From Thalassobaculaceae bacterium (GTDB taxonomy: Bacteria > Pseudomonadota > Alphaproteobacteria > Thalassobaculales > Thalassobaculaceae), in assembly GCA_965228875.1 (NCBI GenBank), contig OZ245843.1, positions 2,586,616-2,650,615 on the forward strand: a DNA stretch of 64,000 bases. Reading direction: 5' to 3'. Positions 17,379 through 27,582 of this stretch are shown in pieces. A program made the translations under genes and the position numbers. Numbering within the stretch: the stretch's first letter is position 1; every line of letters begins with the position of its first letter. The notes under the pieces are model-generated. The model ran no database searches, was not told where the DNA came from, and worked only from the letters and a program-made list of their open reading frames with translations.

Positions 17379-19904
17379 ATGGTCGACTTCAAGAAGTTGC
17401 GAGAGAGCAAGAGCAAACCAAAACCGATCCACCCCCGTGAGATCTTCAACAGCCTGCCTAATCCACCTGGCATCAACGACCTTTATGCAAGTCAAGCTGA
17501 GGTTCTCGATAGTTGGTACGAACGCCGCGCCGAAAAAGACGTCGTAATCAAGCTGCACACGGGAGGCGGAAAGACACTTGTCGCCCTGCTGATGGCGCAA
17601 TCGGTTATGAACGAATTGGGCGAGCCCGTTCTGTATCTCGCACCAACCAATCAGCTAGTCGAACAAGTCATTGCCAAGAGCCAAGAGTACGGAATCTCGA
17701 CAGTTCGATACATACGTGGCCAGCCACTGGCGAGTGAATTCTATGACGGCAAGGCGGTACTTGTCGGCGCTTACGAAACTCTCTTCAACGGCCGCAGTAA
17801 GTTCGGCGTACGAAACTCCGGACAGGATGTGGTCAAAGCGGGCGCAATCATTCTCGACGACGCCCATGTCGCGCTATCGTCGGTTCGCGACGCCTTCACC
17901 CTTACGATCAACTCCGCCGACCACAGTGAGGTGTACTCCGATCTGGCAGGCCGATTCCGAACCGCCTTCCGAGATGTGGGCCGTAGCGGGTCATTCTCCG
18001 ACGTTACTAGCGGCAAAGACTACGGCGTCCTGGAAGTGCCGAGCTGGGCTTGGCAGCAAAAAGTTCCGGAAATTGAAAGCTATCTCGCGTCTGTAGTCGA
18101 CGACATAGACCCGTATGTCTGGCCATTCCTCCGCGATAACCTGGCAGTTTGTCACTGCCTATTCAGCCGACGCTCAGCCACAATCACCCCGATCTTTCCT
18201 CCTGTTGATCTCCTCCCGACGTTTCAGGAGTGCCCACGGCGAGTTTATATGTCGGCGACAATCGCCGACGACAGTGAGATTGTGCGCGCATTCGGCGCCG
18301 CAACGGAGGCAGTTGGCAAACCGCTCACATCAACGTCGCTCGCTGGTGTCGGAGAGCGAATGATTCTGATCCCTGAGCTCATGAACCTCGGCGGCACAGC
18401 GATCACCCCAATGGTGAAGAAGATCGCCGAGCACTTAGCAAAGAACAACCGCGGTGCAGCGATTCTTTCTCCTTCCGGGCCTGCCGCCGAAAAGTGGGCC
18501 GACATTGCGACATACCCAAGCACATCGGCCGCTGTCGCTAAGCAGGTGGAGGCGATGCAGACGGGGGCGGACTTTGGACCCGTCGTGCTCGCCAATCGAT
18601 ACGATGGGATCGATCTTGCTGGCAACGCCTGCCGTTTCTTGGTGATGGACAACTTGCCCCAAGGAACGTCCGACTACGATGTATTCCGTATGAACGTCGT
18701 TGCTGACTCGGCCGTCAGTTCATTGCTCGCGCAGAGGATCGAGCAGGGCATTGGACGAGGGACACGTGGTGGTGGCGACTATTGTGCGGTGATGCTCGTG
18801 GGCGGAAGACTCGTCGGATGGATTGGTCGCAAGAACAACCTTGAGTTCTTGACCGCCAGTACGAGAGTGCAGATTGCGATGGGACAAGAGGTAAGTGCGG
18901 CCGTAACGACCGTAAAGGAGATCGGCCAAACGATTATGAAATGCCTCAATCGTGATTCAGATTGGGTTGCCTACCATGCGTCCGAGCTCTCCGAAGCAGC
19001 ACACGCGTCCCCAGTTAACATGCTCTCACTCAGGGTCGCCGGCGCAGAGCGAAGGGCATTTCGGCTTCAACGACTTGGCCGTTTCGAGGAAGCGATTCAA
19101 CTTCTCGAAAAGATGATTTCGGACGACGACCTGAAAGGCGATAGCCAGCGACAAGCTTGGTTAGCTGCAACAGCGGCACGCATTGCTTACCAAATGAACG
19201 ACAACGACCGCGGCCAGAGGCTCCAAACTCATGCTTTCTCCGCCAGCAACAATCATTCGCCCCCCAAGGTACGTCCGACCTATGTGCCGCGGCCCATTCC
19301 TGGAAGGCAATCCGCTGCAATTGTTGCTCGAATGATGGACTACGGTCTTCGGGGCGCAATGATCGCTGATTTTGATGAAGCGGTGTCGGAGCTTGTCCCT
19401 ATGGCCTCCGCGGCGCGTTACGAAGACGCCCTGGCAAATCTCGGCATGTACCTTGGATTCGATGCTGAGAGGCCGGAGAAGGTGCACAAGACGGGACCTG
19501 ATGTTCTATGGCGAACCGAAACGACATTCGATTTCGTGATCGAGGCGAAGAGCAAGAAGCAGGACAATCCTCTCTATAAGAACGATCACGCGCAACTTCT
19601 TGAAGCCGAGGCCTGGTTCAAGAGCAACTACCCGGGCCGAGATTCTGTGCGGGTGTCGGCGCTGCCCGAAGCAGTTGCTGATCCAAAAGCTAGCACGGAC
19701 GGTAGCTTCGCCTTGCGCCTGGATGAAATCACCAAGCTCGTGGTTGCACTTCGCGCCGTCCTTAGTGAATTGGTTGTCAGTCCCGGAACCGCTGACGCCT
19801 TGTGTGAACGCTGCGAGGCCGCCCTCTTGAAGGCCAATCTCAAGCCAGAAGGGATCCGGGCGAAGTTCTTGGTACCGTTCGCCAAAGCAGCAAAGGGCGC
19901 ATAG
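17379..19904 (+). CDS. SF2 (DinG/XPD-like) helicase fused to a C-terminal PD-(D/E)xK nuclease; Hna-like anti-phage protein
   Basis: HTGGGKT, ILDDAH, MSAT, RYDGIDL and QGIGRGTR helicase motifs; C-terminal GPDVLW...IEAKS; start MVDFKKL preferred. Confidence 0.8.
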   Translation: MVDFKKLRESKSKPKPIHPREIFNSLPNPPGINDLYASQAEVLDSWYERRAEKDVVIKLHTGGGKTLVALLMAQSVMNELGEPVLYLAPTNQLVEQVIAKSQEYGISTVRYIRGQPLASEFYDGKAVLVGAYETLFNGRSKFGVRNSGQDVVKAGAIILDDAHVALSSVRDAFTLTINSADHSEVYSDLAGRFRTAFRDVGRSGSFSDVTSGKDYGVLEVPSWAWQQKVPEIESYLASVVDDIDPYVWPFLRDNLAVCHCLFSRRSATITPIFPPVDLLPTFQECPRRVYMSATIADDSEIVRAFGAATEAVGKPLTSTSLAGVGERMILIPELMNLGGTAITPMVKKIAEHLAKNNRGAAILSPSGPAAEKWADIATYPSTSAAVAKQVEAMQTGADFGPVVLANRYDGIDLAGNACRFLVMDNLPQGTSDYDVFRMNVVADSAVSSLLAQRIEQGIGRGTRGGGDYCAVMLVGGRLVGWIGRKNNLEFLTASTRVQIAMGQEVSAAVTTVKEIGQTIMKCLNRDSDWVAYHASELSEAAHASPVNMLSLRVAGAERRAFRLQRLGRFEEAIQLLEKMISDDDLKGDSQRQAWLAATAARIAYQMNDNDRGQRLQTHAFSASNNHSPPKVRPTYVPRPIPGRQSAAIVARMMDYGLRGAMIADFDEAVSELVPMASAARYEDALANLGMYLGFDAERPEKVHKTGPDVLWRTETTFDFVIEAKSKKQDNPLYKNDHAQLLEAEAWFKSNYPGRDSVRVSALPEAVADPKASTDGSFALRLDEITKLVVALRAVLSELVVSPGTADALCERCEAALLKANLKPEGIRAKFLVPFAKAAKGA

Positions 19905-19983
19905 GGAGGGTTGGTTACATTGCAGCGACGATGGTCCGCCAATTTCGGGCGGACCATCTGGGGTAACGCTTGGTGGTGGCTCA

Positions 19984-20122
19984 TGACCTGCTCCCCGTAA
20001 TGTCCTTGTTCAGAAGTTAGTTCTGTTCCGGTTTTGGTCCTCGATTGACCGGTTGCGATATTCCCACGGTGTGAGCCCGTTGAGGCTCGTGTGCGGGCGG
20101 TGGTGGTTGTAGTCGTCACGCC
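19984..20122 (-). mobile_element. IS3-family (IS407-like) remnant: transposase C-terminus and right inverted repeat
   Basis: Minus strand encodes [18 protein letters not shown] (integrase-core tail, stop at 20010); TGACCTGCTCCCC terminus at 19984. Confidence 0.85.
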
Positions 20123-20168
20123 CTGCTGCCCCTCGCGGTCGGAAGGCCGGCGTGGCTGCGACTCCCCT

Positions 20169-20183
20169 GTTCCCTTTTCGTAC
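20169..20183 (+). promoter_or_regulatory. Putative alphaproteobacterial LexA box (GTTC-N7-GTAC)
   Basis: GTTCccttttcGTAC, 22 nt upstream of the uvrB ATG. Confidence 0.6.
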
Positions 20184-20205
20184 CCCCCGTCCTATCTTCC
20201 CCTCC

Positions 20206-22455
20206 ATGACCATGGACCTCGTCGACTCCCAGATTGAGCACCTGCGCGGTCTGCGCCAGGAGGTCAACGCGACCAACCGGGCGATCACCGCCGAGATCAA
20301 GGCCGATGTCGCCGCCCAGGATCAGGGTGTGCCGTTCCAGGTGGTGTCCGAGTTCGCGCCGGCCGGCGATCAGCCGCGGGCGATCGAGGAGCTGACCGGC
20401 GGCATCCGCCAGGGCGAGCTCGACCAGGTGCTGCTCGGGGTGACCGGCTCCGGCAAGACCTTCACCATGGCCCACGTCATCCAGCAGGTGAAGCGGCCCA
20501 GCCTGATCCTGGCGCCGAACAAGACGCTGGCCGCCCAGCTCTACGGCGAGATGAAGAGCTTCTTCCCGCACAACGCGGTCGAGTACTTCGTCTCCTACTA
20601 CGACTACTACCAGCCGGAAGCCTACGTGCCGCGCACCGACACCTTCGTCGAGAAGGAAGCCTCGGTGAACGAGCAGATCGACCGGATGCGCCACGCCGCC
20701 ACCCGCGCCCTGCTGGAGCGCGAGGACGTCATCATCGTCGCCTCGGTGTCCTGCATCTACGGCATCGGCGCGGTCGAGACCTACGGCAACATGATCCTCA
20801 AGCTGAAGGTCGGCGAGCGGGTCGACCGCAACGCGGTCATGCGCCGGCTGGTGGAGCTGCAGTACAAGCGCAACGACACCAGCTTCAACCGCGGCACCTT
20901 CCGGGTGCGCGGCGACAGCCTGGAGATCTTCCCGGCCCACCTGGAGGACCGCGCCTGGCGGCTCTCGCTGTTCGGCGACGAGCTGGAGGCGATCCAGGAG
21001 TTCGACCCGCTGACCGGCGAGAAGACCCAGGGCCTCGACCAGGTGCGGGTCTTCGCCAACTCGCACTACGTCACGCCGAAGCCGACGCTGCAGCAGGCCG
21101 CCCGCCTCATCAAGGAGGAGCTGAAGGGCCGGCTCGACGAGCTGAACCGGGCCGGCAAGCTGCTGGAGGCGCAGCGCCTGGAGCAGCGGACGACCTTCGA
21201 CATGGAGATGATCGAGGCGACCGGGTCCTGCGCCGGGATCGAGAACTACTCGCGCTACCTGTCCGGGCGCAATCCGGGCGAGCCGCCGCCGACCCTGTTC
21301 GAGTACCTGCCGGAGAACGCCCTGCTGATCGTCGACGAGAGCCACGTGACGGTTCCGCAGATCGGCGGCATGTACAAGGGAGACTACGCCCGCAAGCTGA
21401 CCCTGTCCGAGTTTGGCTTCCGCCTGCCGTCCTGCATGGACAACCGCCCCCTCAAGTTCGAGGAGTGGGAAGACATGCGCCCGCAGACGGTGTTCGTCTC
21501 GGCCACGCCGGGCCCGTGGGAGTTGGAGCGCACCGGCGGCGTGTTCACCGAGCAGCTCGTCCGACCGACCGGCCTGATCGACCCGGTCTGCGAGATCCGG
21601 CCGACCAAGAGCCAGGTGGACGACTGCATCGCCGAATGTCAGGAGGCCGCCGCCAGGGGTCACCGGGTGCTGATCACGGTCCTGACCAAGAAGATGGCCG
21701 AGGCGCTGACCGAGTACATGAACGAGGCCGGGGTGAAGGTGCGCTACATCCACTCCGACGTGGATACGCTGGAGCGCATCGAGATCATCCGCGACCTGCG
21801 GCTCGGCATCTTCGACGTGCTGATCGGCATCAACCTGCTGCGCGAGGGGCTCGACATCCCGGAATGCGCGCTGGTCTGCATCCTCGACGCCGACAAGGAG
21901 GGCTATCTGCGCTCCAAGACCTCGCTGGTGCAGACCATCGGCCGTGCGGCGCGAAACGTCGAGGGCCGGGTGCTGCTCTACGCCGACACCATGACCGACA
22001 GCCTGGAATACGCGATCGGCGAGACCGAGCGCCGGCGCCAGCGCCAGATGGAATACAACGAGGCCAACGGCATCACGCCGGAGAGCGTGAAGAAGAACAT
22101 CGGCGACATCCTGGAGAGCGTCTACGAGCGTGGCGACCACGTCTCGGTGGACACCGGCACCGGCGAGGGCGAGCTGGTCGACAAGCCGATCCGCCAGATC
22201 ATCGAGGAACTGGAAGGCCGCATGAAGGAGGCCGCCGCCGATCTCGAGTTCGAGGAGGCGGCCCGCATCCGCGACGAGATCAAGCGCCTTGAGGCGGCCG
22301 AACTGGGCATGACCACCGACGGCAAGCCGCTGCCCAAGGGCGGCGTCGTCCGCCTCAAGGTGGCGATCCAGCCGCCCAGCGGCCGACCGCCCGAGAAGGG
22401 GGCCGGCGAGTCTCGGGGCGGCCGCGGCAAGGCCAGGAAACGCCGGGGCCGCTGA
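20206..22455 (+). CDS. uvrB: Excinuclease ABC subunit B
   Basis: [35 protein letters not shown] and QTIGRAARN motifs; UVR domain. Confidence 0.98.
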   Translation: MTMDLVDSQIEHLRGLRQEVNATNRAITAEIKADVAAQDQGVPFQVVSEFAPAGDQPRAIEELTGGIRQGELDQVLLGVTGSGKTFTMAHVIQQVKRPSLILAPNKTLAAQLYGEMKSFFPHNAVEYFVSYYDYYQPEAYVPRTDTFVEKEASVNEQIDRMRHAATRALLEREDVIIVASVSCIYGIGAVETYGNMILKLKVGERVDRNAVMRRLVELQYKRNDTSFNRGTFRVRGDSLEIFPAHLEDRAWRLSLFGDELEAIQEFDPLTGEKTQGLDQVRVFANSHYVTPKPTLQQAARLIKEELKGRLDELNRAGKLLEAQRLEQRTTFDMEMIEATGSCAGIENYSRYLSGRNPGEPPPTLFEYLPENALLIVDESHVTVPQIGGMYKGDYARKLTLSEFGFRLPSCMDNRPLKFEEWEDMRPQTVFVSATPGPWELERTGGVFTEQLVRPTGLIDPVCEIRPTKSQVDDCIAECQEAAARGHRVLITVLTKKMAEALTEYMNEAGVKVRYIHSDVDTLERIEIIRDLRLGIFDVLIGINLLREGLDIPECALVCILDADKEGYLRSKTSLVQTIGRAARNVEGRVLLYADTMTDSLEYAIGETERRRQRQMEYNEANGITPESVKKNIGDILESVYERGDHVSVDTGTGEGELVDKPIRQIIEELEGRMKEAAADLEFEEAARIRDEIKRLEAAELGMTTDGKPLPKGGVVRLKVAIQPPSGRPPEKGAGESRGGRGKARKRRGR

Positions 22456-22508
22456 GGGCGTCCCGGCTCATCTCCGGGCGCGCCGGCCCGCGCCCGTGAT
22501 CCCGCCCG

Positions 22509-22751
22509 TCATCCCGCCCGCAGCATGTCGAAGATCTCGTCCTTCAGCTTGAGGCGCTTCTTCTTGCAGTCCTCGGCATAGGCGTCGGAGGTCGGCTCGA
22601 CCTCGGCCTCGATGCGGGCAACTTCCTTGTCGACCTCGTGATAGGCGTCGAACAGCCTGGCGAAGTGCGCGTTCTCGGTCTTCAGGACGTGGATCCGGTC
22701 CTTCCACTCCGGGAACTCGCGGCCGATGTCGTGGTGCAGGTCGGTGGTCAT
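22509..22751 (-). CDS. DUF465/YdcH family protein
   Basis: EFPEWKDRIHVLK...KKKRLKLKDEI. Confidence 0.85.
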   Translation of the reverse strand: MTTDLHHDIGREFPEWKDRIHVLKTENAHFARLFDAYHEVDKEVARIEAEVEPTSDAYAEDCKKKRLKLKDEIFDMLRAG

Positions 22752-22952
22752 GAGCGATCCCTCTGACGATGACATGCCGCAACGCTAGGCCCCGGCCGGC
22801 GGGTCTTCCTTGACCGAGATCAAACCGCCGCGCGGATGTTCCGCGGCGGGGCGACCCACGACCCGCGCAGGACCCGTGATGGAATATCCGTGCGGCGATC
22901 CGGTCCTTTCCATCAGTGCATCGTGCTCAAACCACCGAAAGGAGAACGTGTC

Positions 22953-23126
22953 ATGTTGGGTTGGAGCCTTCTGTTTCTCATTCTCGCGATCGTCGCCGCC
23001 GTCTTCGGCTTCGGCGGGGTCGCCGCCGCCGCATCCGGCATCGCCCAGATCCTGTTCTTCGTCTTCCTGGTGCTGCTGATCGTCAGCGCCGTCGCCGCCG
23101 CCGTGCGCGGCCGCCCGCCGGTCTGA
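22953..23126 (+). CDS. DUF1328 (YtjA-like) small membrane protein
   Basis: [24 protein letters not shown]...IAQILF; AAGGAG RBS. Confidence 0.9.
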   Translation: MLGWSLLFLILAIVAAVFGFGGVAAAASGIAQILFFVFLVLLIVSAVAAAVRGRPPV

Positions 23127-23166
23127 TCGCCGGCAGGACACGAGCCGGGGTCGCCCGACCGGCGCG

Positions 23167-25194
23167 TCAGTCGCCGGGGCGGGCCTCCCGCTCCGGGCGC
23201 GGCGATACAGCGACGCCCTCTCCGGCGGCCGCCTCGCGCTCGACCAGCGCCTGGTCGGCCGGGTCCGGTACGTCCTCCACCGGCGCATCGGCCGCCGCCA
23301 TATCGGTTTCCGCCCCCGCATCGACCCCCGACTCGCCCGCCGCCTCGGCGCTCTCGCGGGCGCGGTTCTCTTCCTCCTCGGCCCACAGTGCTGCCACCAG
23401 CACCGGGTCCTCCGGCGGCTGAACGGTCGGCGCGTCTCCGTCCGGCCGCTCGCCGATCGGCCGGCCGATGCCGTCGACCACCCGTAGGCTGCGGATCAGT
23501 TCCTCGATCTCGTCCCATTCCGTGCCGGCCTGGCGCAGCACCGCGCCGCCGAGCTGCAGGCTCGCCTCCATGGTCTCGACCACGGTGCCGGCGGCGCCGA
23601 GCTCCTCCAGGCGCCGGGCGTGCAGCGGATCGCGCGCCCGCGCGAAGATCGGCAGCTCGGGCAGCCGGTGCGCCAGGTGCTGCACCGTGCGTTCGACCGC
23701 GTGTCCATCCGTCGACATCGTCAGCACCACGGCACGCGCCCGCTCGCCGCCGAGCTTGTGCAGAACCTCGGGCCGGCTGGCGTCGCCGTAGTAGACTGTA
23801 TGTCCGTCGCGCCGCCCGTCCCGGACGTTCTGGGCATCGGTGTCGACCGCCACGTAGGGAACGAGCTTGGCATCAAGCAGCCGGGCGATCGCGTGGCCGA
23901 CCCGGCCGAACCCGGCGATGACCACGTGATCGTGCATCTCGTACGCGGCCTCGCCGTCGGCGGCGAGGGTCTCGTTCTCGCGCCGGTCGAACAGCGCCGC
24001 CGCCCGGCCCACGGCCCAGACCACGCCGGGCGTCACCGCCATCGACACCGCCACCACCAGGAACAGCAGGTCGACCGTCGCATCCGCCACCACCGACGAC
24101 GCGGCGGCGACGCCGAGGATGACGAAGGCGAACTCGCCGCCCTGCGCCAGCAGCGCGGCACTGCGCAGGCTGACCGCGAGCGGCATCCGGAACGCCATCG
24201 CGAGGCCGAGCACCACGAAGAACTTCAGCGCCACCAGCCCCGCGAGGTAGGCCAGCACCGTCGCGACCTCGCGGAAGGCCAGGCCGAGATCGATGGACAT
24301 GCCGACGGTCATGAAGAACAGGCCGAGCAGAATGCCGCGGAACGGCTCGATATCGGCCTCGACCTGATGGCGGAACTCGCTCTCCGAGAGCAGCAGGCCG
24401 GCGAGGAACGCGCCGAGCGCCATGGACAGGCCGACCATCTGCGTCGCCCAGCCGATGCCGAGCACCACCAGCAGGGTCATGGCGGTGAACAGTTCCGGCG
24501 CGCCGGCCGAGGCGATGACGTGATAGAGCGGGCGCAGCAGCTGCCGGCCGGCGATCACGATCACCGCCAGCGCGACCACCGCCGTGCCCGACACCTTGGC
24601 CAGCTCGACCAGGATCGACCAGCCGTCCAGGTCCTGGCCGAGCAGCGGCACGACCACCACGATCGGCACCACCGCCAGATCCTGGAACAGCAGCGCGGAG
24701 AACGCGGTCCGGCCATGGCGGGTCGCCAGTTCGCCACGCTCGTTCATGAGCTGCAGCACGAAGGCCGTGGAGGACAGCGCCAGGGCCGCGCCGATGGTGA
24801 TCGCCGCGCCGTAGGTCCGGCCGAGCGCCAGCGCGATCACCGCGACCAGCACGCCGGTGATGACCACCTGGGCGGTGCCGAAGCCGAACACCAGCCGGCG
24901 CATGACCTTGAGGCGGGCGAAGGACAGCTCCAGACCGATGGTGAACAGCAGGAACACCACGCCGATCTCGGCGAGTTCCCGGGTCTCCGTCACGTCCTCG
25001 ATTATGGACAATCCGTGCGGACCAATCATGGCACCCGCCGCCAGATAGCCCAGCACCAGGCTGAACCTGAGGCGGCGCAGCAGCGGCGCGAACAGCACCG
25101 CCGCAGCCAGGAATATCAGGGCATCGCCTATCGGACTGCCGTGGCCGCCCGACTGCATGGTGTCGAACGCGTCCAGCAGGCTCTCCACCGACAC
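23167..25194 (-). CDS. CPA2 cation:proton antiporter with TrkA-N domain (KefB/KefC-like)
   Basis: LLFTIGLEL, LSSTA, LLFQD, LAQGGEFAF, AGFGRVG and YGDAS motifs; long acidic C-tail. Confidence 0.92.
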   Translation of the reverse strand: MSVESLLDAFDTMQSGGHGSPIGDALIFLAAAVLFAPLLRRLRFSLVLGYLAAGAMIGPHGLSIIEDVTETRELAEIGVVFLLFTIGLELSFARLKVMRRLVFGFGTAQVVITGVLVAVIALALGRTYGAAITIGAALALSSTAFVLQLMNERGELATRHGRTAFSALLFQDLAVVPIVVVVPLLGQDLDGWSILVELAKVSGTAVVALAVIVIAGRQLLRPLYHVIASAGAPELFTAMTLLVVLGIGWATQMVGLSMALGAFLAGLLLSESEFRHQVEADIEPFRGILLGLFFMTVGMSIDLGLAFREVATVLAYLAGLVALKFFVVLGLAMAFRMPLAVSLRSAALLAQGGEFAFVILGVAAASSVVADATVDLLFLVVAVSMAVTPGVVWAVGRAAALFDRRENETLAADGEAAYEMHDHVVIAGFGRVGHAIARLLDAKLVPYVAVDTDAQNVRDGRRDGHTVYYGDASRPEVLHKLGGERARAVVLTMSTDGHAVERTVQHLAHRLPELPIFARARDPLHARRLEELGAAGTVVETMEASLQLGGAVLRQAGTEWDEIEELIRSLRVVDGIGRPIGERPDGDAPTVQPPEDPVLVAALWAEEEENRARESAEAAGESGVDAGAETDMAAADAPVEDVPDPADQALVEREAAAGEGVAVSPRPEREARPGD

Positions 25195-25454
25195 ATCTCC
25201 CTTCGGGTCTCGGAACCGGCCCGCCGATCGTAGACAATCGCGCCCGAGCCGGCTACCGGCAGCACGAATTCACTTGGCATACAATCATTGAAATTTCGCC
25301 GCGACTCCCCATTCCTATGGGTCACGCGCGACGACGCCACCGCCACCAACTCCTGCGTTTTCATGATCCTACAGCCGACCCGACCGCTCGCACCCAAGCG
25401 CCCCGGCATCACCGGTCTCATGGCGGCGGGAGCGGCGCGCAGCGGGAGAGACGC

Positions 25455-26426
25455 ATGATCTCCGCCGCGCTGATCTTCGCCGGGCTGGTTCTGCTGCTGG
25501 TCGGTGCGGAGACGATGATCCGCGGGGCCGTCGCCATCGCCCGCCGGCTCGCCATCAGCCCGCACGTCATCGGCCTCACGGTGATCGCGTTCGGCACCTC
25601 GGCGCCGGAGCTGTTCGTCAGCCTCAAGGCCGCGATGTCGGGCTCGCCGGGCATCGCCATCGGCAACGTGATCGGCTCCAACATCGCCAACATTCTGCTG
25701 ATGATCGGCACCGTCGGCGTGATCTCGCCCTTCGTGTGCGGCGGCGCGCCGCTGCGGCGCGACGGGCTGGCGCTGATCGCCGGAACGATCCTCTTCGTCG
25801 GCGCCGGGATCCACGGCGTGATCGAGCGCTGGCACGGCGGGGTCATGCTCGGTCTGCTGTTCGCCTATCTGCTCTACTGCTACTTCGAGGAGCGGCGGCG
25901 CCCCAACAGCGTCCATGCCCAGGGCGTGGAGGAGTTCGATGCCCTGCCGACCAGCACGTGGCGCAGCGTGCTGTACACGGTCGGCGGCCTGATCGGCGTG
26001 CTCGTCGGCGCCCGGCTGCTGGTCGACGGCGCCGTCGACGTCGCCCACCGCGCCGGCATCTCGGAGACGGTGATCGGCATCACCGTCGTCGCCGTGGGTA
26101 CCTCGCTGCCGGAGCTGGCGACCACGATGGTCGCGGCGCTGCGCCGGCACAGCGACGTGGCGCTGGGCAACATCATCGGCTCCAACATCTTCAACACGCT
26201 CGGGATCCTCGGCACCGTCGCCCTGGTCCAGCCGTTGCCGATACCGCCCGAGGTCATGTCGCTGGACCTGTGGTTCATGCTCGGCGTGACCGTGGTGTTC
26301 GTCGCCATGGCGATCAAACTGCCGGCCTTCAGCCGACCCTGGGCACTGGTGTTCTTCGCGGCCTATGTCGCGTTCATCGCCAATCAGTTCGTCACCTTCG
26401 ACAAGATCGCCTTCGCGGCGTACTGA
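25455..26426 (+). CDS. Calcium/sodium antiporter (YrbG family)
   Basis: Two alpha-repeats: GTSAPE..GNVIGSNI and GTSLPE..GNIIGSNI. Confidence 0.93.
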   Translation: MISAALIFAGLVLLLVGAETMIRGAVAIARRLAISPHVIGLTVIAFGTSAPELFVSLKAAMSGSPGIAIGNVIGSNIANILLMIGTVGVISPFVCGGAPLRRDGLALIAGTILFVGAGIHGVIERWHGGVMLGLLFAYLLYCYFEERRRPNSVHAQGVEEFDALPTSTWRSVLYTVGGLIGVLVGARLLVDGAVDVAHRAGISETVIGITVVAVGTSLPELATTMVAALRRHSDVALGNIIGSNIFNTLGILGTVALVQPLPIPPEVMSLDLWFMLGVTVVFVAMAIKLPAFSRPWALVFFAAYVAFIANQFVTFDKIAFAAY

Positions 26427-26433
26427 GGCGGCC

Positions 26434-27213
26434 ATGGCACAACGCGCGACCCAGCCCGTGCCGAAGACGGCACTGGTCACCGGCGCCGCCCGTCGGGTCG
26501 GTCGGGAGATCGCGCTCGCCCTCGCGGACGACGGCTGGAACGTGGCCGTCCACTACGGCAGTTCGGCCGACGAGGCGGAGGCGACCGCGTCCGACATCCG
26601 CTCGCGCGGCGTCGCGGCCGCGACCGTGTCGGCGGACCTGGCCGTCGAGGCCGAGGTGGCGACGCTGGTCGAGCGGGCGGAGACCGCGCTAGGGCCAATC
26701 GGCCTCCTGGTCAACAACGCCTCCACCTTCGAGCGCGACAGCCTGGCGACGGCGACGCGGCGCAGCTGGGACCGGCACATGGAGCCGAACCTGCGGGCGC
26801 CGCTGGTCCTGATCCAGCAGTTCGCCGCGCGCCTGCCGGCCGGAAACGACGGGGCCGTCGTCAACATCATCGACCAGCGGGTCTGGAACCTGAACGAAGA
26901 CTTCCTCAGCTACACCCTGTCCAAGGTCGGCCTGTGGGCGCTCACCCGCACCCTGGCGCTGGACCTGGCGCCGCGGATCCGCGTCAACGGCGTCGGGCCC
27001 GGACCGGTCCTGGCGAGCATCCACCAGGACGCCGAGCAGTTCGACGCGCAGGCCCGGGCGATGCCGCTTCAGCATGGCGCCAGCCCGCGGGAAGTGGCCG
27101 AGGCGGTGCTCTTCCTGGCCGGCGCCTCCTCAGTGACGGGGCAGATGATCGCGGTCGATGGCGGCCAGCATCTCTGGTGGGCGGCCCCCGGCCCGGACAC
27201 GCCCAGGGACTGA
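26434..27213 (+). CDS. SDR oxidoreductase (pteridine reductase/FolM-like)
   Basis: TGAARRVG, NNAS and YTLSK motifs. Confidence 0.88.
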   Translation: MAQRATQPVPKTALVTGAARRVGREIALALADDGWNVAVHYGSSADEAEATASDIRSRGVAAATVSADLAVEAEVATLVERAETALGPIGLLVNNASTFERDSLATATRRSWDRHMEPNLRAPLVLIQQFAARLPAGNDGAVVNIIDQRVWNLNEDFLSYTLSKVGLWALTRTLALDLAPRIRVNGVGPGPVLASIHQDAEQFDAQARAMPLQHGASPREVAEAVLFLAGASSVTGQMIAVDGGQHLWWAAPGPDTPRD

Positions 27214-27461
27214 TCCGACCGGCGGATGAAGACCGGCAGATGACGACTGGCGGACAGGCGTTGTGTAATCATGCTATCAACTTTGTGAAATAAACGGCAA
27301 AGACGCTGGCGGCGCAGAACTTGGTAAGAGTCCCCGGATCGGCAATATCGCCGTGGGAGTTGTTCACACCGAATACTGTGCGCCAGGGCCGTAACCTCGC
27401 TGTCAAGGAACTCTGACGCGGCGACAACCAGCAACCGGTCGTATCTTTGTATGTTGTTTAT

Positions 27462-27582
27462 TATCAATACCTTAGGGATATGCTCAAAAATTGGGCATTT
27501 CGCTTCCGGTCCATGGAGTCTGCGGCGTCCGCGTGCCCCGGTCAGCGTTTTCCACCGGGTTTTCCACAGATTCCGTGGATTA
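27462..27582. promoter_or_regulatory. Cluster of an IHF site, a Fis/NtrC-like palindrome and three DnaA-box-like 9-mers
   Basis: TATCAAtaccTTA (27462), TGCTCAAAAATTGGGCA (27481), TTTTCCACC (27548), TTTTCCACA (27560) and reverse-oriented CGTGGATTA (27574). Confidence 0.6.

Larger units (their letters stand above)
16688..20122. mobile_element. Degraded genomic islet at the tRNA-Pro 3' end
   Basis: Abrupt GC drop and atypical codon usage from the tRNA CCA to the uvrB promoter; contains a defence-like gene and an IS stump. Confidence 0.8.

Noticed and set aside
19910..19970. Integron attC site after the helicase gene
   Set aside because: Lacks the RYYYAAC...GTTRRRY box order on either strand, and no integron integrase is present.
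22875..22915. EcfG-type stress promoter before DUF1328
   Set aside because: GGAAT is present but there is no properly spaced CGTT -10 element.
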